DNA from: an uncultured Alphaproteobacteria bacterium
Lineage (GTDB): Bacteria > Pseudomonadota > Alphaproteobacteria > HIMB59
NCBI GenBank assembly: GCA_902514885.1
Contig: CABXST010000001.1
Coordinates: 1 to 56,068, forward strand
Direction: 5' to 3'
Length of the DNA: 56,068 bases
Shown: positions 51,800 through 56,068 of the stretch, one piece after another
How the letters are laid out: every line of letters begins with the position of its first letter
Position numbering within the stretch: the first letter of the stretch is position 1
Position numbers and translations under genes: made by a program
Notes under the pieces: generated by a model
The model's input: the letters and a program-made list of their open reading frames with translations, nothing else
Told to the model about the DNA's origin: nothing
Database searches by the model: none

Positions 51800-52964
51800 G
51801 TTAATATCATTCGAACTTGCACAAAAAATAATTATTCAAGAGAAAAAGAAATTATTCAAAGAAACAAGGGTTAAATTAGAGGAATCACATAATGCGGTTG
51901 CATCAAGAGCAATTATTTCACCAATAAACCTTCCTTTACAAAATTCTGCAGGACTTGATGGTTATATTATTTCAAATAAAAATTTAAAAAAAATATTGAT
52001 ATCAAAAAGATTACTTAACGCAGGACATTCATATAAAAAATTAAATCCTAAGTTAGCATATAAAATAAATACTGGTGCCGTTATTCCACAAAACTTTCAA
52101 AATTTTATTTCCTTAGAAAATGCAAAAATTGAGGACAATAATTTAATAATCCAATATTCTAAAATTTCTAATAAAGATATTAAAAAAAAAGGAGAAGATT
52201 TAAAAAAAAATAAAATTTTAGTGAAAAAAAATGAAAAAATTGATTTTATAAAAATTGCATTACTTTCATCTGTAGGAATTACTAACTTATGGGCATACAA
52301 ACCTTTAAATATTGGTGTCATATCTTCAGGAAATGAATTGATAAAATCTGGCAAAAAAATAAAAGACCATCAGGTTTATGACTCAAACAAAAATCAAATA
52401 ATTTATTTTTTAAAGAAATTTAATATAAATGCCAAAGATTTAGGTGTACTAAAAGACAGCCAATTAAAAATCAAAAGCTTTTATAAAAATAATCAAAATA
52501 AATTTGATATAATTATAAGCTCTGGCGGATCATCATTTAGTTCTAAAGATTTTATATCATCTTTCCTAGAAGATCATACAGATCTACTTTTTAAATATGT
52601 AAGAATTCAACCCGGTCGACCAGTAATTTTTTCAAAGCAAAAATCTAACTTCTTTTTTTCACTTCCAGGAAATCCATTAGCAGTTTTTATTAACTTATTT
52701 TTCCTAATAAGTTTATTCATAGATCCCTCTCGTAAAAATAATCTTAACATTATTAAATATTATAGATCTGCTTTTTCAGAAAATAAAAAATCTAATATAA
52801 CAAAGTTTTACCGCGTAAAATTATCTAAAAACTTGTTACATACCCACAATTCAAAAGGGTCGGCAAAACTAATCTCTCTCGCAGAAGCTGACGGGTTAGC
52901 TATTGCTCCAGAGGATACAAAGAAAATAAAAAAAGGTGAAAAGATTAAATTTATTGAATTTTAA
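51786..52964 (+). CDS. moeA: Molybdopterin metal insertase MoeA, diverged
   Basis: SA.LDGY, NTGA, GED, SSGNEL, YDSN, SGG.S, PGRP, LPGNP. ATG at 51786 preferred. Confidence 0.88.
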   Translation: MKIPKLISFELAQKIIIQEKKKLFKETRVKLEESHNAVASRAIISPINLPLQNSAGLDGYIISNKNLKKILISKRLLNAGHSYKKLNPKLAYKINTGAVIPQNFQNFISLENAKIEDNNLIIQYSKISNKDIKKKGEDLKKNKILVKKNEKIDFIKIALLSSVGITNLWAYKPLNIGVISSGNELIKSGKKIKDHQVYDSNKNQIIYFLKKFNINAKDLGVLKDSQLKIKSFYKNNQNKFDIIISSGGSSFSSKDFISSFLEDHTDLLFKYVRIQPGRPVIFSKQKSNFFFSLPGNPLAVFINLFFLISLFIDPSRKNNLNIIKYYRSAFSENKKSNITKFYRVKLSKNLLHTHNSKGSAKLISLAEADGLAIAPEDTKKIKKGEKIKFIEF

Positions 52965-53172
52965 ATTTTATATTGATTAATTTACCCTCTTTTTTGAGCG
53001 AAATTATCTTATATTTATTTTCTTCACAAAAATTTTTAAAGTCAAACTGTGATAAAGGGTCATCACTTTCTACTGTGAGAACATCATTTTTTTTTAGTTT
53101 TTTTATAAATTTTTCAGCTTTTAATACAGGTATAGGGCATTCAAATCCTTTAGTATCTAGATAATAATTCAT
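52951..53172 (-). CDS. tusA: TusA/SirA family sulfur carrier
   Basis: LDTKGFECPIPVLK (CPxP), DDP.S..D...FC. Confidence 0.88.
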   Translation of the reverse strand: MNYYLDTKGFECPIPVLKAEKFIKKLKKNDVLTVESDDPLSQFDFKNFCEENKYKIISLKKEGKLINIKFKIQ

Positions 53173-53199
53173 TTACATATATATTTATTTTAAAAATCC

Positions 53200-54081
53200 A
53201 TGGAAATAAAGAATTTAGAAATTATTTTAGCTTTAGACAGTGAGAAGCATTTCAATAGAGCTGCAGAAAAACTTAATATTTCGCAACCTGCTTTATCTAT
53301 GAAATTAAAGGCTTTAGAAAATGAAATAGGAGTTAGACTAGTAAAAAGAGGTAAGAATTATATTGGGTTAACTTCTGAAGGTGAAATTTTTAAAGAAAGA
53401 TTTAAAAACATAGTTAAAGAATATTCTAATATAAAACAGTTAAGTACTGAGTTAAAAAATAATTTAACAGGAAATTTAAGAATAGGAGTAATTCCAACTG
53501 CTTTATTAGAGGTCTCTTTTTTACTCAATAGTTTCGTCAAGAAATTTACTAATGTTAAATTACAAGTTATTTCTATGTCATCAAATGAGATTGATCGAAA
53601 TCTTCATGATTTTAAATTGGATCTTGGTATTAGCTATTTAGAAAATGAGCCAATTCTAGGAGTTGAAAAAATACCTCTTTATAAAGAGACATATTACTTA
53701 ATTTCTAAAAAAGAGGCTCTAAAAGATAAAAAGAAGATTAAATGGCAAGAATGTGGCAATTTAGATTTATGTTTAATTTCAAAAGAAAATCAATTCAGAA
53801 GAATTTTAGATGCGGTGTTTAAAGAAAATAATATCAATCCTAGAGTTTTAATTGAGTCAAATTCGATGACACATATATACTCACACGTTAATAGTTCTGA
53901 ATTCTCTACCATAATGCCATATATTTTCACTCAATCTTTTAACTACGATGAAAATACAAATTTTATTCAATTAGTTTCCCCTGAAATTATGCATAAAGTA
54001 GGTATTGTTCATATAGATGATAAAAGTCCCTCACCTGTAAAAAATAACTTTTTAAAGTTCTTAAAAAGCTTTAATAAGTAA
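53200..54081 (+). CDS. LysR family transcriptional regulator
   Basis: HFNRAAEKLNISQPALS HTH, GNLRIGVIPTA, DLGISY; directly upstream of the FDH genes. Confidence 0.93.
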   Translation: MEIKNLEIILALDSEKHFNRAAEKLNISQPALSMKLKALENEIGVRLVKRGKNYIGLTSEGEIFKERFKNIVKEYSNIKQLSTELKNNLTGNLRIGVIPTALLEVSFLLNSFVKKFTNVKLQVISMSSNEIDRNLHDFKLDLGISYLENEPILGVEKIPLYKETYYLISKKEALKDKKKIKWQECGNLDLCLISKENQFRRILDAVFKENNINPRVLIESNSMTHIYSHVNSSEFSTIMPYIFTQSFNYDENTNFIQLVSPEIMHKVGIVHIDDKSPSPVKNNFLKFLKSFNK

Positions 54082-54108
54082 TACTTATCAATTAATTACT
54101 TATTGATA
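54074..54108. promoter_or_regulatory. Putative LysR binding sites upstream of the FDH operon
   Basis: Dyad ATAAG-taata-CTTAT (T-N11-A, 54074-54088) overlapping a second dyad TATCAAT...ATTGATA (54086-54108), next to a TTGATT-16-TACATT promoter-like element. Confidence 0.55.
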
Positions 54109-54144
54109 ATTGATTCTTAATAAAAAATTACTACATTACACATA

Positions 54145-55845
54145 ATGAAAGAAGACTCTCAAAGTAAGATTCATCCTGGCTCTGGTAGAAGAAAAGCGCT
54201 TGAATTTAATAAAGGGCGCCAAAGTGATGATCAGTCAATTGACGATCTTAAAAACCTTATACCAAACGACTATTTTAGACAAAGAGACATGTTAATTGAA
54301 AGTCTTCATTTAATTCAAGATCGATATAAGTGTCTTAAACCTAAACACTTAACTGCCCTGTCAGAGTTAACCAATTTACCTCTTACTGAAATTTATGAGA
54401 CCGCCTCATTTTACGCTCACTTTGATATATACAAAGAAGATGATTTAACCCCACCAGATACAACTATAAGAGTGTGTGATGGTATTACATGCGAGATGAA
54501 CGGATGTAAATCTGTGGAAAAAGATTTAAAAGATAATTTGGATAGTAATGTAAGAGTTGTCAGAGCTCCATGTATGGGGAGATGTCACCAGGCACCAGTA
54601 GTTGAAGTAGGAAAAAAACATTTTGTAAATGCAAATTTGAGTTTAGTTCAAAAAGCTTTAGAAGAACAAGATACAAAACCTGTTATTCCAAAGTACATAA
54701 GTTACGAAGATTATGTAAAAGAGGGTGGATATAAAATTTTAAAAGACTGTATTGAAGATAAGAAAGACCCCATGAAATTGATCGAAGAAATGGAGCAATC
54801 AGGACTGAGAGGTTTAGGTGGTGCAGGATTTCCAACAGGTAGAAAATGGAGATTTGTTAGAGCTGAAGATAAACCAAGGCTCATGGCTATTAATGGAGAT
54901 GAGGGTGAGCCAGGAACATTTAAAGATCATCATTATTTGACTCGAGATCCACATAGATTCCTTGAGGGTATGTTAATCGCTGCGTGGGTCGTTGAAGCTA
55001 CTGATGTTTATATATACATGCGAGATGAATATCCTGATGTGATTAAATTTTTAAAAAAAGAAATTAAAATTTTAGAAGATAATAACTTAAATATTAAAAC
55101 CAGAATTCATTTTAGAAGAGGGGCAGGTGCTTATATCTGTGGTGAAGAATCTTCTATGTTAGAGAGCTTGGAGGGTAAAAGAGGATTACCAAGACATAAA
55201 CCTCCATTTCCATCTCAAGTAGGTTTGTTTGGTAGACCCACTTTAATTCATAATGTTGAAACTGTTTTTTGGGTAAGAGAAATTCTTGAAAAAGGTGCGG
55301 TTTGGTTTAGTAGCCATGGTCTTAATGGTAGAAAGGGTTTAAGAACATACTCGGTTTCTGGAAGAGTAAAAAACCCTGGTGTAAAGTTAGCCCCAGCTGG
55401 TATCACAATAAAACAGCTCATTGATGAATATTGTGGTGGAATTCAAGAGGGACATAACTTTAAAGCGTACCTACCAGGCGGAGCTTCTGGTGGTATCCTT
55501 CCTGCGAAATTAGACAATGTTCCATTAGATTTTGATACACTCCAAGAACATGGTTGTTTCATCGGATCTGCCGCAGTGGTGGTGTTATCTGATAAAGATA
55601 ATATGAGGGATATCGCTAAGAATTTGATGTTCTTTTTTCATGATGAGAGTTGTGGTCAATGTACTCCATGCAGAAATGGAACTGAGAAAGCTCTTAAACT
55701 AATGAATGAATCCTCCTGGGACGTTGATCTTCTTAAAGAATTATCATCAGCAATGATGGACGCCTCAATATGTGGCTTAGGACAGGCAGCACCAAACCCA
55801 ATGCTATCTGTTATTAAACATTTCCCTGAAGAGGTAACAAACTAA
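54145..55845 (+). CDS. NAD-dependent formate dehydrogenase beta (diaphorase) subunit, NuoE+NuoF-like fusion, FDH1B type
   Basis: HPG.GR...KGRQ N-terminus, 2Fe-2S C-x4-C...C-x3-C, GLRGLGGAGFPTG, NGDEGEPGTFKD, ESCGQCTPCR...CGLG. Confidence 0.93.
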   Translation: MKEDSQSKIHPGSGRRKALEFNKGRQSDDQSIDDLKNLIPNDYFRQRDMLIESLHLIQDRYKCLKPKHLTALSELTNLPLTEIYETASFYAHFDIYKEDDLTPPDTTIRVCDGITCEMNGCKSVEKDLKDNLDSNVRVVRAPCMGRCHQAPVVEVGKKHFVNANLSLVQKALEEQDTKPVIPKYISYEDYVKEGGYKILKDCIEDKKDPMKLIEEMEQSGLRGLGGAGFPTGRKWRFVRAEDKPRLMAINGDEGEPGTFKDHHYLTRDPHRFLEGMLIAAWVVEATDVYIYMRDEYPDVIKFLKKEIKILEDNNLNIKTRIHFRRGAGAYICGEESSMLESLEGKRGLPRHKPPFPSQVGLFGRPTLIHNVETVFWVREILEKGAVWFSSHGLNGRKGLRTYSVSGRVKNPGVKLAPAGITIKQLIDEYCGGIQEGHNFKAYLPGGASGGILPAKLDNVPLDFDTLQEHGCFIGSAAVVVLSDKDNMRDIAKNLMFFFHDESCGQCTPCRNGTEKALKLMNESSWDVDLLKELSSAMMDASICGLGQAAPNPMLSVIKHFPEEVTN

Positions 55846-56068
55846 TGTCAGAAAATATTAAATTCAAGATTGATGGGAATGAATATTTAGCTGGTAAAGA
55901 TGAGTCTATCTGGGACGTTGCAAAAAAAAATAACATAGATATTCCGCATCTTTGTTATTCTCCTGAGCCGGGTTACCGAGCAGATGGTAACTGCCGTGCA
56001 TGTATGGTAGAAATTAAAGGTGAGAGAACTCTTGCTGCTTCATGTATCCGTAAACCAACTGAGGGTAT
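55845..56068 (+). CDS. Formate dehydrogenase alpha subunit, partial (N-terminal 2Fe-2S domain)
   Basis: Read manually: MSENIKFKIDG...IPHLCYSPEPGYRADGNCRACMVEIKGERTLAASCIRKPTEG; TAATG overlap with the beta subunit; runs off the right edge. Confidence 0.9.
   Translation, partial: MSENIKFKIDGNEYLAGKDESIWDVAKKNNIDIPHLCYSPEPGYRADGNCRACMVEIKGERTLAASCIRKPTEG

Noticed and set aside
967-53540. Short antisense or alternate-frame ORFs in the track (e.g. 998-1210, 5536-5745, 13959-14195, 18238-18549, 19462-19842, 41917-42297, 52097-52354)
   Set aside because: They are nested in well-supported genes, mostly mirror the sense codon frame, and carry no recognisable motifs.
54145-56068. Complex I nuoEFG or NAD-reducing hydrogenase
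   Set aside because: The fused beta architecture, the FDH1-type N-termini and the adjacent fdhD/mobAB/moeA point to formate dehydrogenase; no other nuo or hydrogenase genes are present.
1-56068. CRISPR arrays, IS elements, prophage genes, riboswitches, CtrA/LexA boxes, slippage at poly-A tracts
   Set aside because: I saw no repeat-spacer arrays, transposases or phage genes. Intergenic spaces are too small for riboswitches. TTAA-type boxes and A-runs are expected at this AT content, and no ORF is broken at a homopolymer.

Overview
Very AT-rich, extremely gene-dense chromosomal window from a streamlined alphaproteobacterium. A marine SAR11/HIMB59-like lineage is inferred from composition, gene content and gene order. 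It is almost all core genome: murJ, rpmJ, trxB, greA, carAB, dnaG-rpoD, mlaAC, uvrD, ligA-recN-bamD, rnpB, the first half of a dcw cluster (mraZ to ftsW), xseB-dxs, aroC-fabI, pdxH and pyrE. It ends in a pterin-cofactor/formate dehydrogenase locus (mobA, fdhD, mobB, moeA, tusA, LysR, an FDH1-type beta subunit and the start of the alpha subunit). RNA genes are tRNA-Val(GAC), a tRNA(CAT) that is probably Ile2, and a compact RNase P RNA. Four CDSs missing from the ORF track were read directly: a partial gene at the left edge, rpmJ, a DUF2256-type small Cys protein and the partial FDH alpha subunit. I saw no mobile element, CRISPR array or prophage. The most notable items are an orphan MotA/MotB-like pair with a long periplasmic coiled coil, the FDH1-type (possibly tungsten) locus, a DUF2256 gene with no ATG in frame behind a USP stop codon, C33 in tRNA-Val, a rearranged and strongly diverged dcw cluster, and very short (2-44 bp) divergent spacers. 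None of these is a demonstrated new system.
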